Source: a virus | Taxonomy: Duplodnaviria > Caudoviricetes | Virus record (IMG/VR): IMGVR_UViG_3300048849_000181 | Location: 1 to 54,334 of that record | Length of the DNA stretch: 54,334 nt | Direction: 5' to 3' (one strand) | Part shown: one piece after another, positions 9,338 through 18,886 of the stretch | Layout of the letters: each line of letters begins with the position of its first letter | How positions within the stretch are numbered: the first letter of the stretch is position 1 | The notes under the pieces: generated by a model | Told to the model about the DNA's origin: nothing | Seen by the model: the letters and a program-made list of their open reading frames with translations, nothing else | Databases searched by the model: none | Translations under genes and position numbers: made by a program

Positions 9338-10072
9338 TTATGCTATAGTAAATTTGTGTCTGTGATTAGTTGAATATGGTGCTCCGAGTTGGAGGCTGTA
9401 AATTTTGTAGTTCGTAGTCCCAATGGTTACGGTACCAGATAAGGTGTATGTGACGGCCGGGAAATATGGATTATCCAAATCCGTCACACTGGTGATGCCA
9501 TGATCGGACTGCAAGGCCAAGCTTATGATACGGTTGAAAGTCCCTGTCTGCACTTCTACCGTACTTGTAAACGGTACAGCAGTCAAAGCCTGAACGTCCG
9601 CTGCTGTTATTGGAACCGAACTACTTGTTCCGTAATAAATTGCAGAAGTCGGAAATATAAGACCTAATAACTCGTCAAATTCCATTGAAACTTTAGTCAC
9701 GATCTGACTACTTCCTTTTATCGGTGTCAGGCGGCTCCAGGCTGTAAAACCCTTGAACTTGGCATTTACCGTTTCATCGATCTCCTGCACGTAGATGGTT
9801 GCCTTTTGAACCTTGACAATTGTTTCAAGCGCAGCTTTTTTTAAATTGTAATCAGCTTCGCTTGTTGCGAAGATTGTTCCTGTGATTTTGAATAGCCTCG
9901 GCTCATCCCCTGGTACCGTAGTAAGATCCCAGTCAACAACTCCGTTCTCCCATTTATGGGAAAATACCTCTGCTGGATTATTCGGCCGCTCAAAAGAGTT
10001 AACTGAATCTCTGCTTGAATCTGCCAGGAACCCGCAAGAGTCAAAAAGATTTGTTCCGTTTATTTTATACAT
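9338..10072 (-). CDS. Distal tail protein-like with C-terminal extension
   Basis: Directly after tape measure gene; start reassigned to ATG 10072 (MYKINGTNL). Confidence 0.6.
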   Translation of the reverse strand: MYKINGTNLFDSCGFLADSSRDSVNSFERPNNPAEVFSHKWENGVVDWDLTTVPGDEPRLFKITGTIFATSEADYNLKKAALETIVKVQKATIYVQEIDETVNAKFKGFTAWSRLTPIKGSSQIVTKVSMEFDELLGLIFPTSAIYYGTSSSVPITAADVQALTAVPFTSTVEVQTGTFNRIISLALQSDHGITSVTDLDNPYFPAVTYTLSGTVTIGTTNYKIYSLQLGAPYSTNHRHKFTIA

Positions 10073-13000
10073 ATTGGTTTCCACTTCCCCGTAACGATGT
10101 TCCCGAGGAAGCGCTATTTTTTGCAATGGTTTTTAATTCTGTTAATTGGGAATCCATGCGCTGGATCATAATTCCTGTGTTTTCTGCTGTCTGCTGCTGC
10201 CATCTTACCCCTTGCATAGAAGCATCAAGTATTTGCATGGCGGTAGCGTTTCCGGTGGTTTGAAGCATAGCTAATACTTTCAGGTAATCGTATGAACCTC
10301 TTGAAATTCCTTCCAAGGCGTTCGCCTGGTCACTGGTGATCTGCGTAATGTTCTTTTGAAGAGCAGAGGTTTTAGATCCGGAATCCGGATCATCCAAATC
10401 AATCCCAGTTGCCGCTGCAAGATCTGCCAGGTCCTTTTTTGCCTTCTCAGCCGCGGCCATGTAAACGGAACGTAGCTTTTCGATTTCTTCTGGAGACAAA
10501 CTGCTGTCCGCTGTTGCCGCTGAAAACTGATCATAGAAACCTTGAAGCTGCTGCTGAATTAGCTTACCTTTAAATCCATTTAAAATAGACTTCCGGATAA
10601 TATCCTCGAATGACTTTCCGAAGTCCTGGGTACCGTCCGTGAGTTTGCTGACGAAGTCGTCTGCGATTTCAGATAAGGATGAGCCAATATTCTCAGCATT
10701 AAGCGCGTTCTGCAGGTCAACAGCTTGTTGTTTAACCTTGATCAGGTTCTCAACGATCTTTGCCGTAGCATCATCAAGCTTGCCATTATCAAGGTAGTCC
10801 TGAAGGGCGCCCAGCGGCGTGTTCTCCGACAACCTTGTGAATACAGGGTTGTTCCGAAACTCTTTGTCGTATGCTGTAGCGATGCCAGCATTGTATTTGG
10901 CAATCTCATCATCCAGTCCTTTGTCCCCTGTTAAGACAATCTTTCCGGATAGTTTTGCTTGGTACGTTTCGGTGTCTTTCGCTATTTGAGAAAGCGCCTC
11001 AGAGTATTTAAGCAACCGATCGGTTCCATAAGCATCGTTGATCAGGGCAACTTGTCGTTCAAGTGCACTGTTTATTGCGTCAAGCTGCTTGCTCTGCAGT
11101 TCTGCGGAATAAGACCTTTGCGCCTCCCTTTCTGCAGAACGATCAAACAGGCCTTCAAGCGAAGAGATGATTGAGAAACCAGCGCCGAATACACCAAGCC
11201 CCGCGCCCAATGCACTAAGCATATCACCCTTGCCACTGGCCGCTTTCAGATCAGCCATTCCCTTCTTGATGTTGCCGACCTGGCCTACGACATTCCCGAC
11301 AGTAGAAAGCATCTTACCAAAACCCTCATCGACCTTGGAAACGGATGATGCGAGATTGTCGATTTGATTGGCCAGGTTGATCAGTCGATCCGGCATGCGG
11401 TCCTTTAGCGCCTTCTCGGTGTCTGTGATCAGCTTTCTAATTTGATCAGCCATTTCCTTGCTCACCTTACCCTGCAGGGTTAAGGTATCAAGCATGTTCT
11501 TGGCGTTGTAGATCACCTTGGCAGCATTCTCATCAGAAAGGCGATCAATACCTTCAAACAGCCTTTTATACGCATCAAGTGTTTGAACCTTGTTATCGTC
11601 AAGGCTTTTTAGATCTTCCTGGTAACGGAGAGTTCGGGCGGCCTGCGCTTCAGGGTTACCTTCAAGAGTGGCAAAGTCTGCATTGTACTTTTCCATCAGT
11701 ACCTTCCGCTGTTGGCTGTAGGTCATGAACTCTTTTACCAGCGCATCGTATTTCTTCTGCTCGGCGTTTACCTCATCCTGGATACGCTTGTCGTAATCAT
11801 GTAGTCGTTCCAATTCGGCGCCGTTCATTTGGGTAGGATCCTTTGTAAGCAGCTTAGCCCTGCCTGCTTCCAGGTACTCCAGGTATGTATCGTATTTTCT
11901 TTTATTTTCCTCCAGTGTTAAGTTATAAACAGTGTTGTCATTTAACCGGTGTTCGTCCGCAGCATCCTTGCCTAATCTGGTCTTGTATTCCTCATACTCA
12001 GCATACAAGCCTTTTTGTTTATCCAGTTCGATCTTTACCTTTTCCGTAGTTTGTCTATACTGAAGGTCAGAGATAGCCTGGTCCCGGGTTTCAGTCAGCT
12101 TGGATGTATCTACCAGGTGAAGCTTGTTCTTTGGATCCGCATTGAACTTGGCCGCTTCGTCGGCGATGCGCTTGAACTTATCACGGATGGCTTGCAACTC
12201 AGACTCATCTTTGGTTGCTGATTTACGCGTGTATTCGGCATTAATCTCGTCGATACGTTTTTGCAAGGATTCTTGTTGCTTAATCGCAGGATCTACTGGA
12301 GTCTTTGGAACCTTGTCTCCTTCTGTTGCAAAGAAGTTAAACTTGTATTTTTTCGCAATAGCGGCGGCATCTGCCTGGAACTTATCAGCTATTTTAGTCC
12401 GGTCATTTGTAAGTTTGTCAGCTTGCCGTGATTCCCTGTTCGCTGCATTGATGATCACCTTATCGGTGTAACCTGCATCCTGCTCAAAGGCGACTTTCAA
12501 GCGCTCACCGATAGTGAGGTTCTCGTAACCGGATATATCATTCGGGTTGCTAATGGTCGCACGCCCCTTCTCTCTGATTTGTTCCGCCTTGTAAGCTTCT
12601 TTGGCAGCGTCCTCTAGGGCTAGTTGCGCAGCGGCTTTCATGAGCGTCATTTTCAGGTAAGCATCAGCATTCCTTATTAATCCCTGCTCAGCTTCATTTA
12701 GGTTCTTAACCTGGCCAGTAGTTTTCCCGATGGTCTCGTTGTACTCTTTGACAACACTGGATTTGCTTAATATCCCTTCTTTCGCCAGGCCAATGTTTAT
12801 GCGCAGCTCATTTACGTTTTTAGCAGCATTAGCATACTCGCTGCTGGACATTGCATCATTCAGCTTGGCTTGCTCCTTTTGGGCATCTGTTAGCTGCTTT
12901 TTAAACAGGTCTAATGATGACAAGTAGTTCATGATCGGCTCAACCGCAAACGCAAGCAGGCCGGCGATACCTATCCCCGGTAAGGCAGCAGCAACGTACT

Positions 13001-13907
13001 TGAGCCCCGTCCAGAGTTTACCGACACCAATCGAGCTTTTTGCGACAGCATTACCCATTTCATCAAAACCTTTCTTACCGGCATTCTGTAAGCGGCCGAT
13101 CTCAGCAGAAGTTTCCTCGATCTTCTGGTTAAGGTTCACGAATGATTGCGGTGCCCGAGCTTTCAACAAGCCCTCGTTGTACATCTTGAGCTTGGCGTTT
13201 AGGATCTCGATCTTACCCGCTGTTCCGGTGATCTTGTTCCCGAGTTCATCGAAGCCAGCTTTACCGACGTTACGCAAACGGGCAATCTCTGCCTGAGTTT
13301 CTCGCACTTTGTTGTTGTATTCGCTTAGGCGTTTGCTGTCAGTAGATGAATCTGCAATGTTTTGGTATGATTGGAGTTCGATCTTTAAAGACCTGATTGC
13401 CTTTTGAGCATTTTGCACAGCCTGGGTATTGCTGTTTGCTCCTGTTACAGCCTCGTTGTATGCCTTTTTGGCCTGGACACCATAGCCTGCGGCTTCACTG
13501 GAAAGCCTGTTCCATTCAGCGGAAGATCCAACAACGGTGCCGCCAGTAACTGTTCCAACCGATCCGGATTTGGCGGCGTTGATTTCGTCTTGTGAATTGG
13601 ATATCTGAACTGGCCTGATCTGCCTACCATTCGCATCGAAGGCAGCATTCTTCCGCTTGATAGCTTCTGTCGCCCGGTCGGTTGCCTTTGCTTCCTCGTT
13701 GGTAGATTTAACAACATCATCAGAAGCAGTCTTTTGCTTTTTAGTAGCCTCGGTTGCCTTTTCACGGCCTTTTACTTCAGCGTCAATGCTTGAACCGATT
13801 TCTTTTTGGATCTTATCGCTGTTCTCTTTTGCAATCTTGGCAATACCGGCCAAGGTCTTCTTGAGTTCGGAATCGTCACCAGTAATCTTGAAATTTAATT
13901 CAGGCAT
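10065..13907 (-). CDS. Tail tape measure protein
   Basis: ~1280 aa, Ala/Lys/Glu-rich helical, two hydrophobic Gly-rich patches; start ATG 13907 (MPELNFKITGD). Confidence 0.85.
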   Translation of the reverse strand: MPELNFKITGDDSELKKTLAGIAKIAKENSDKIQKEIGSSIDAEVKGREKATEATKKQKTASDDVVKSTNEEAKATDRATEAIKRKNAAFDANGRQIRPVQISNSQDEINAAKSGSVGTVTGGTVVGSSAEWNRLSSEAAGYGVQAKKAYNEAVTGANSNTQAVQNAQKAIRSLKIELQSYQNIADSSTDSKRLSEYNNKVRETQAEIARLRNVGKAGFDELGNKITGTAGKIEILNAKLKMYNEGLLKARAPQSFVNLNQKIEETSAEIGRLQNAGKKGFDEMGNAVAKSSIGVGKLWTGLKYVAAALPGIGIAGLLAFAVEPIMNYLSSLDLFKKQLTDAQKEQAKLNDAMSSSEYANAAKNVNELRINIGLAKEGILSKSSVVKEYNETIGKTTGQVKNLNEAEQGLIRNADAYLKMTLMKAAAQLALEDAAKEAYKAEQIREKGRATISNPNDISGYENLTIGERLKVAFEQDAGYTDKVIINAANRESRQADKLTNDRTKIADKFQADAAAIAKKYKFNFFATEGDKVPKTPVDPAIKQQESLQKRIDEINAEYTRKSATKDESELQAIRDKFKRIADEAAKFNADPKNKLHLVDTSKLTETRDQAISDLQYRQTTEKVKIELDKQKGLYAEYEEYKTRLGKDAADEHRLNDNTVYNLTLEENKRKYDTYLEYLEAGRAKLLTKDPTQMNGAELERLHDYDKRIQDEVNAEQKKYDALVKEFMTYSQQRKVLMEKYNADFATLEGNPEAQAARTLRYQEDLKSLDDNKVQTLDAYKRLFEGIDRLSDENAAKVIYNAKNMLDTLTLQGKVSKEMADQIRKLITDTEKALKDRMPDRLINLANQIDNLASSVSKVDEGFGKMLSTVGNVVGQVGNIKKGMADLKAASGKGDMLSALGAGLGVFGAGFSIISSLEGLFDRSAEREAQRSYSAELQSKQLDAINSALERQVALINDAYGTDRLLKYSEALSQIAKDTETYQAKLSGKIVLTGDKGLDDEIAKYNAGIATAYDKEFRNNPVFTRLSENTPLGALQDYLDNGKLDDATAKIVENLIKVKQQAVDLQNALNAENIGSSLSEIADDFVSKLTDGTQDFGKSFEDIIRKSILNGFKGKLIQQQLQGFYDQFSAATADSSLSPEEIEKLRSVYMAAAEKAKKDLADLAAATGIDLDDPDSGSKTSALQKNITQITSDQANALEGISRGSYDYLKVLAMLQTTGNATAMQILDASMQGVRWQQQTAENTGIMIQRMDSQLTELKTIAKNSASSGTSLRGSGNQYV

Positions 13908-13911
13908 GGCA

Positions 13912-13974
13912 CGAAAGTACCCGAAGGAAAACACGCAGGAAAAGGCTTGTTTTGACAATATATACCATTGTCAA
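13912..13974 (-). promoter_or_regulatory. Late-type promoter 4 (tape measure gene)
   Basis: TACTTTCG at 13912-13919; palindrome TTGACAATatataccATTGTCAA at 13952-13974, spacer inverted relative to the other four copies. Confidence 0.7.
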
Positions 13975-14082
13975 GCATTGGTGAGATCAAGGAGTCTCGA
14001 TGAAATGGATGGTCACAACAATTATACAGTAGCTATGTGGATTATTAAGTATTTTCAGTTTCACTTAAACTGAACAAAGAAT

Positions 14083-14700
14083 ATGAAAAAAGTTTTCCAA
14101 AAAGTATTTTTTAGCCTGCTATTATTTGGCTTAACCTTTTCGGCTTGTAAAAAAGAAAACAACACTACACAAGCAAACGAAACTCAAGGGCAAAAGATGG
14201 TGACCAAGAAGGAGGTGATTTCTCAATCAGCAACATTGTCATCAACTGAGTATGTTTACCTAGCCAGAACAAACAGTGTATATGGCGGACCTGATCCAAT
14301 AGATAACTGGGACACCTTTAGGATCTATCAGGAGGGTAGTAACAGAAACTTAAGAGTGGAATACGAAGCTCGAGAATATTCATTAAGTAAGCCTTTATCA
14401 GCTCCACTATTAGTTGGGCCAGGGATTGTATATATACATGCATATCCAAACTACTTTTATGACTATTCTTTAGAAAACGAATATATGAATCTCTCGACCG
14501 GTTCAACTGGCGGTGTTAAACAAAAGGTTTATGTAATTAAAATTAAAAAGGTGATTGACTTTGACACAAAAGAAGATATCACTTCTAAAGTCAACATATT
14601 TCCTACAGACGGAATAAAGGTTCAAATAACAATGAATACAATAAACCTTGATACTCACGTGGGTCCTACCAAACCTTGGTGGCCCGTTATTACTCCATAA
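14083..14700 (+). CDS. Lipoprotein moron of unknown function
   Basis: MKKVFQKVFFSLLLFGLTFSA-CKKENN lipobox; AT-rich; opposite strand to tail genes. Confidence 0.75.
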   Translation: MKKVFQKVFFSLLLFGLTFSACKKENNTTQANETQGQKMVTKKEVISQSATLSSTEYVYLARTNSVYGGPDPIDNWDTFRIYQEGSNRNLRVEYEAREYSLSKPLSAPLLVGPGIVYIHAYPNYFYDYSLENEYMNLSTGSTGGVKQKVYVIKIKKVIDFDTKEDITSKVNIFPTDGIKVQITMNTINLDTHVGPTKPWWPVITP

Positions 14701-14711
14701 CCTAATGCGAA

Positions 14712-14761
14712 ATATCATTTGTAATTGGCTTGTATTCAAATTAGCCAATTACCAATGATAT
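14712..14761 (+). terminator. Long hairpin after lipoprotein gene
   Basis: ATATCATTtGTAATTGGCT ... AGCCAATTACcAATGATAT inverted repeat. Confidence 0.5.
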
Positions 14762-14863
14762 CTTTGGATCCTTTTGCCGCTTCGTTAATTCAGGCATATT
14801 GCAAGTATGCCCACCCCCTGAATTAGGGTGAATTTACAGTTTTGACAGTATGCACAGCCTCAA
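14741..14863 (-). pseudogene. Degenerate duplicate of tape measure gene start and its late promoter
   Basis: TTAATTCAGGCAT (MPEL) at 14785-14797 identical to 13895-13907; decayed palindrome TTGACAgT... starts 45 nt away, same spacing as at the real gene. Confidence 0.55.
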
Positions 14864-14868
14864 GTATT

Positions 14869-14902
14869 AAAAAAAAGAGCCTTTCAGATTTGAAAGGCTC
14901 TT
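14869..14902 (-). terminator. Intrinsic terminator downstream of GH10 moron
   Basis: AAGAGCCTTTCA-N4-TGAAAGGCTCTT with long T tract on minus strand. Confidence 0.8.
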
Positions 14903-14915
14903 GATTCGCGTGAGA

Positions 14916-17063
14916 TTATAGAGTATCCACCTGGATGTTACCCCATGCAGAGTAGTCGTCAACCTCTCCCCTTCCTCTAAAACCTACCTTTGTTTGAGCT
15001 AATAAATTCGAGTCTGTTGCGGTTCCCATGTGGTAATCATTGATGTAAACATCTATTGTTGATCCATTAGCTACAACCTTCACTACATCACCATCCTTGG
15101 CGTCAAACGGACTAGTAAGAAGCGTACTATTGTTATCATCCAAACGTCTTACTAATAACCACTTTCTATTTGTAGTTGAGTCATTTACCCGAACGGTAAA
15201 GAAATCCTTTACAGTGCTTGCTCTAAAAATTAGCATCGCACATCCAGGAGTTGTATAATCCAGCTTTGTACGTAATAGTTTTGCGGTCAAAGTAAAATTC
15301 GACAAACCACTATTAACAGTTGCAAGATTATATCTATCGCTAGTTCCTGCAATCGCTTCAAGTCCAACAGCTGTTACTTCCATACCGTCGTTACCAGAAC
15401 CAGTGGAGGCAACTGCCCAAGTTTTTGTCGATGTTCCGCCATTTGTGGTGAGACCATTAATGTTTCCTCTTGCACCAGCTGCAAATTCATCAAACACCAC
15501 TGGGAGTGGAGAGACTTTAATAAACTTCCAAGATGAAAATTTATCATCAAAGCCTCGCATTTTGTAACCGATTTTCGTTTCGGTTTGATACTGTGTTTCA
15601 GTGACAGTACATTGAAATATTCCGTCAATGTAAAGGCTGATTTTTGATCCATTGCACATAACCTTAATAATTTGTCCAGACGCCGGCTTAATAGAAGTCT
15701 TAAACAACTCTGTTTCGGTACTTCCACTACGTTTCATCAGCCTCCACTTACTATTGGCGCCTGCATTTTCAGCTTGTACAGCTAGCAAGTCGTTTTGTCC
15801 CAAGTACCTAAACACCATGTACATGACGCGAGATGTATAAATGTCTCTTGTCACATAGCCAGTTTCCGTTTCAAGAACATAGTCACTAATTCCAGCTTGC
15901 AGTATTGGGAAATTAAAGGTGTTCTGAGTAGTTTGTGACGCACTTAGGCCGGTTTCATCGATTTGAATCTTTGCAGCCTGATTTGGGCCTTCAAGCGTCC
16001 ATATCTTTGGAGTCGTCCCGCTGGTTAAATCGCCGATTACAGTATCATCATTGCCTAACTCAAAGTCTTGGAAAATCAATGGGCTGGATACAGGTTGCTC
16101 TAATAAGCTCAACACCTTGTAATACGCTTCTTTTGGCTGGTAAGAATAATCAAATAACATAGGATATTGCACTAGACCACCTACGTTATAATAGTTGTCA
16201 CGATCTGAAACAGACCACATAGTTATACCCCATTTCTTGTCCTGATCTACGATAGCCTTATCATAGGCACGAAATATTCCCCAATAAGCTTCTGCTAATT
16301 TACGAGCCATTTCTTCCGTGTAGTCAGGACCATCGGCCTCCGTTCTAATATCAAGTTCAGAAATAGCAACCTTAAAATCCGCGTCTGCATACATTTTAAG
16401 TTTTTCCCTCAAAAGATCAATATCAACCTCTAATCCTACATGCATCTGAAAACCAACACCATGAAAAGGCACTCCTGCTGCCGCAAGAGTAGCTTTAAGG
16501 GCAACTGTTTTGTTAAATCTACCCATAGATTCAAATTGCTGATTGTAGTCATTGTAAAAAAGCGTACAATCAGGGTCTGCCGCCGCCGCGGCCTGGAATG
16601 CGATTCTGAAATAGTCTTCTCCTAATACACGATACCAGAGACAATCTTGGAATGTTCCATCGTCCTTTAACGCTTCATTTACTACGTCCCAGCTATGAAC
16701 GTCGGTTTTAAAGTGATTAACTACAGTTGTAATGTGGTTTTGGATAATCTGGGTGATCTTCGTTACTGCATTTGGAGTATTTTCAAACGCTTTCACCCAG
16801 GCAGGAATATTCGCATCTTTTGCCCAGATTAAAGTATGACCATGAATCCGTAAGCCTCGCGCTTTTGCAAAGGCAACAATTTGATCTGCAGCCGTAAAGT
16901 CATAAACACTTTCAGAATCGCCGTGGACGACGCCGAATTTCATTTCGTTCTCTGGTGTTAACGTTTCTGCATCTGAATCGAACTTTGCAGTATACTCTGG
17001 CCTAGTTAATAATGATTGCTTAATTGCAAATCCCACTGGGAAACTAAAAGTTTTTAAATTCAT
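14916..17063 (-). CDS. GH10 glycoside hydrolase with two tandem C-terminal beta-sandwich (ConA/lectin-like) domains; no signal peptide
   Basis: TPENEMK, HGHTLIW, WDVVNE, FYNDYN, GFQMH, ISELD, ITMW; duplicated C-terminal domain (KVMCNGSKISLYIDG / KVVANGSTIDVYIND). Confidence 0.9.
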   Translation of the reverse strand: MNLKTFSFPVGFAIKQSLLTRPEYTAKFDSDAETLTPENEMKFGVVHGDSESVYDFTAADQIVAFAKARGLRIHGHTLIWAKDANIPAWVKAFENTPNAVTKITQIIQNHITTVVNHFKTDVHSWDVVNEALKDDGTFQDCLWYRVLGEDYFRIAFQAAAAADPDCTLFYNDYNQQFESMGRFNKTVALKATLAAAGVPFHGVGFQMHVGLEVDIDLLREKLKMYADADFKVAISELDIRTEADGPDYTEEMARKLAEAYWGIFRAYDKAIVDQDKKWGITMWSVSDRDNYYNVGGLVQYPMLFDYSYQPKEAYYKVLSLLEQPVSSPLIFQDFELGNDDTVIGDLTSGTTPKIWTLEGPNQAAKIQIDETGLSASQTTQNTFNFPILQAGISDYVLETETGYVTRDIYTSRVMYMVFRYLGQNDLLAVQAENAGANSKWRLMKRSGSTETELFKTSIKPASGQIIKVMCNGSKISLYIDGIFQCTVTETQYQTETKIGYKMRGFDDKFSSWKFIKVSPLPVVFDEFAAGARGNINGLTTNGGTSTKTWAVASTGSGNDGMEVTAVGLEAIAGTSDRYNLATVNSGLSNFTLTAKLLRTKLDYTTPGCAMLIFRASTVKDFFTVRVNDSTTNRKWLLVRRLDDNNSTLLTSPFDAKDGDVVKVVANGSTIDVYINDYHMGTATDSNLLAQTKVGFRGRGEVDDYSAWGNIQVDTL

Positions 17064-17228
17064 CGTTTTAAATTTTAATGGTTAAGTTCAATTTTTATAT
17101 CAAGATGGGAATGATTGCGTCGACTCAACCACCAAACTCGATAATCAAACTTACTAATATTTTTAGCATAAACCACCATAATACTACGAATGTTAGCAAC
17201 TTGAATATTTGCAAACATTCGGATTCAG

Positions 17229-17486
17229 GAGTGACCACTGCGGCAAACAAGGTAGTTGGCAAGGTGCACGATCCAAAGTTCCATATGCCAGTAATCCTGG
17301 ATGATTATAATGAAAAGCTGTGGCTGGATAAAGAGCTTTCGCCTACTGCGCTGCTGAGCCTGTGTCAACCTTATCCCGGATGAGAAGATGGATGCTTACC
17401 GTGTGAGCACCGAGGTAAATGCAACCGTGATTAAGGGGGTTATCAATAACCGGCCGGAGTTGATGTTGCCGTTGAATAGTCAATAA
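17229..17486 (+). pseudogene. C-terminal remnant of SOS response-associated peptidase (SRAP/YedK family), frameshifted
   Basis: VTTAAN..VHDPKFHMPVIL..E..WL..PYP, continuing after a 1-nt shift near 17376 as DEKMDAYRVSTEVN; catalytic N-terminal Cys region absent. Confidence 0.75.
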
Positions 17487-17532
17487 AAAGCCCGACTCGT
17501 TAGGTCAGGCGTTTAATATATCTTGTCTCCAT

Positions 17533-17691
17533 TTAGCTATTAAACAGCCACCATAACAGCCATAAAAAAAGTCCTACGATGATCACAAAACCAAAGAAAC
17601 TTAGAATTACAAACCAAGGCATAGAGAAAAAATACCATGCTTCCAAAGATACCGCGATCACGATTAGACTTTTGCCGATTTTCTTTTTCAT
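17533..17691 (-). CDS. Small hydrophobic membrane protein (52 aa, not in ORF track)
   Basis: MKKKIGKSLIVIAVSLEAWYFFSMPWFVILSFFGFVIIVGLFLWLLWWLFNS; ATGA overlap with upstream gene. Confidence 0.6.
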   Translation of the reverse strand: MKKKIGKSLIVIAVSLEAWYFFSMPWFVILSFFGFVIIVGLFLWLLWWLFNS

Positions 17692-18050
17692 GCTGCTTCC
17701 TCGCCTTCCTGTTCTTTAGCAAGCTCTACACGCATGCCGGCGGCAAACGCCTGGATTCTTTCAGGTGCCATACGGAGGAACATCTTGTTGATGTCGTTGA
17801 GTTCAAACAACGCATCCAGGATCGGCACTTCAGCAGATGTATCCACACCTGCCTTGTGATGCTTTAGGATGAATTCAATTGACCGCTTGAGTGTCTTCAC
17901 GTGGTTGTGCACCGCCTGAGACTTAAAGTTTGTATCCATGTGCTGAGCATACTCAAGTTCCATCATTGAAGCAAGCGCATACACCTGTCTGTATGATTCG
18001 GCAATCAGCTGTTTGCGTGCCGGCGTCATGGGTTGATTGAATTTTAACAT
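17688..18050 (-). CDS. Hypothetical phage protein
   Basis: 120-aa ORF in tightly coupled operon. Confidence 0.65.
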   Translation of the reverse strand: MLKFNQPMTPARKQLIAESYRQVYALASMMELEYAQHMDTNFKSQAVHNHVKTLKRSIEFILKHHKAGVDTSAEVPILDALFELNDINKMFLRMAPERIQAFAAGMRVELAKEQEGEEAA

Positions 18051-18886
18051 GGAAATATCCCTTTCTGAGCGTTATAGACCTCTTCTATTTGTTGAGGGGT
18101 TATAACGCGCCCGTATTGGTCGATGTAATTCTTGTTCAAGTCGTTTACGTGGCCTAGAATGGATGTGAGTTTAATCTCCTTCGGCTTGTTCTGTTCTTCA
18201 ATCCATTTTTCGGCTGCTTCTTTGGTGGAGAACGCTTTGCTTGTACTGGGGTCTGTTACCACCGCATTGAAAGCGTATAAAGGGGTAGAACATGCTGCGA
18301 TATTCCATTCGCCGTTTTCCAGCCATGCGCTTGTGTATTTATCCCCCTCATACAAGTCCACCCGATCCTCACTACACAAAACGAACTTAAAGGCAGTTAT
18401 GCCTACTTCTCTGATGAAGTCGGAGAAGGATATCACCTTATAGCCCTCTTCGTAATCTGAATTGTAAGCACAACCATCTTCGTAGGAAATTGATGTAGGC
18501 AAAGGAGGTTGTAAATCAATCGGCTTCTTGTTAGACGCCCACTTCCAGCCTTTCCCCTCATAATGCTCCATGAGCAACTTAAATTCCCGCTCGTTGTTGA
18601 TCTGTATAGCGCATTTACCGGATAGGATTGAGGGCTTAAACTTACTACTGAACAGCATATTCACTACTTCCTTTGCTGAGGTTTCCTCACGATCACTAAG
18701 CATAGAGTGGCGTTTGTTGACCAACATCCAGTCGGTATCTTTTTTATGAAATACCAGGTACATGTAGTCGTCGTAAAAATCAAAACAATTGTGATCTATT
18801 TTTTCACCCAAAAATTTTAGTATGGCTTTCAATTCAAATGCTTGTTGTGCTGTTTCAACAAGCACCTTGTAATTTGATTTTTTCAT
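18044..18886 (-). CDS. Hypothetical phage protein
   Basis: 280-aa ORF overlapping neighbours. Confidence 0.7.
   Translation of the reverse strand: MKKSNYKVLVETAQQAFELKAILKFLGEKIDHNCFDFYDDYMYLVFHKKDTDWMLVNKRHSMLSDREETSAKEVVNMLFSSKFKPSILSGKCAIQINNEREFKLLMEHYEGKGWKWASNKKPIDLQPPLPTSISYEDGCAYNSDYEEGYKVISFSDFIREVGITAFKFVLCSEDRVDLYEGDKYTSAWLENGEWNIAACSTPLYAFNAVVTDPSTSKAFSTKEAAEKWIEEQNKPKEIKLTSILGHVNDLNKNYIDQYGRVITPQQIEEVYNAQKGIFPC

Noticed and set aside
17078-17383. 101-aa ORF as an intact gene
   Set aside because: Only its second half resembles SRAP; the first half is open intergenic sequence
17540-17722. 60-aa ORF in the track
   Set aside because: Alternative frame 17533-17691 has ATG, ATGA coupling and a coherent membrane sequence
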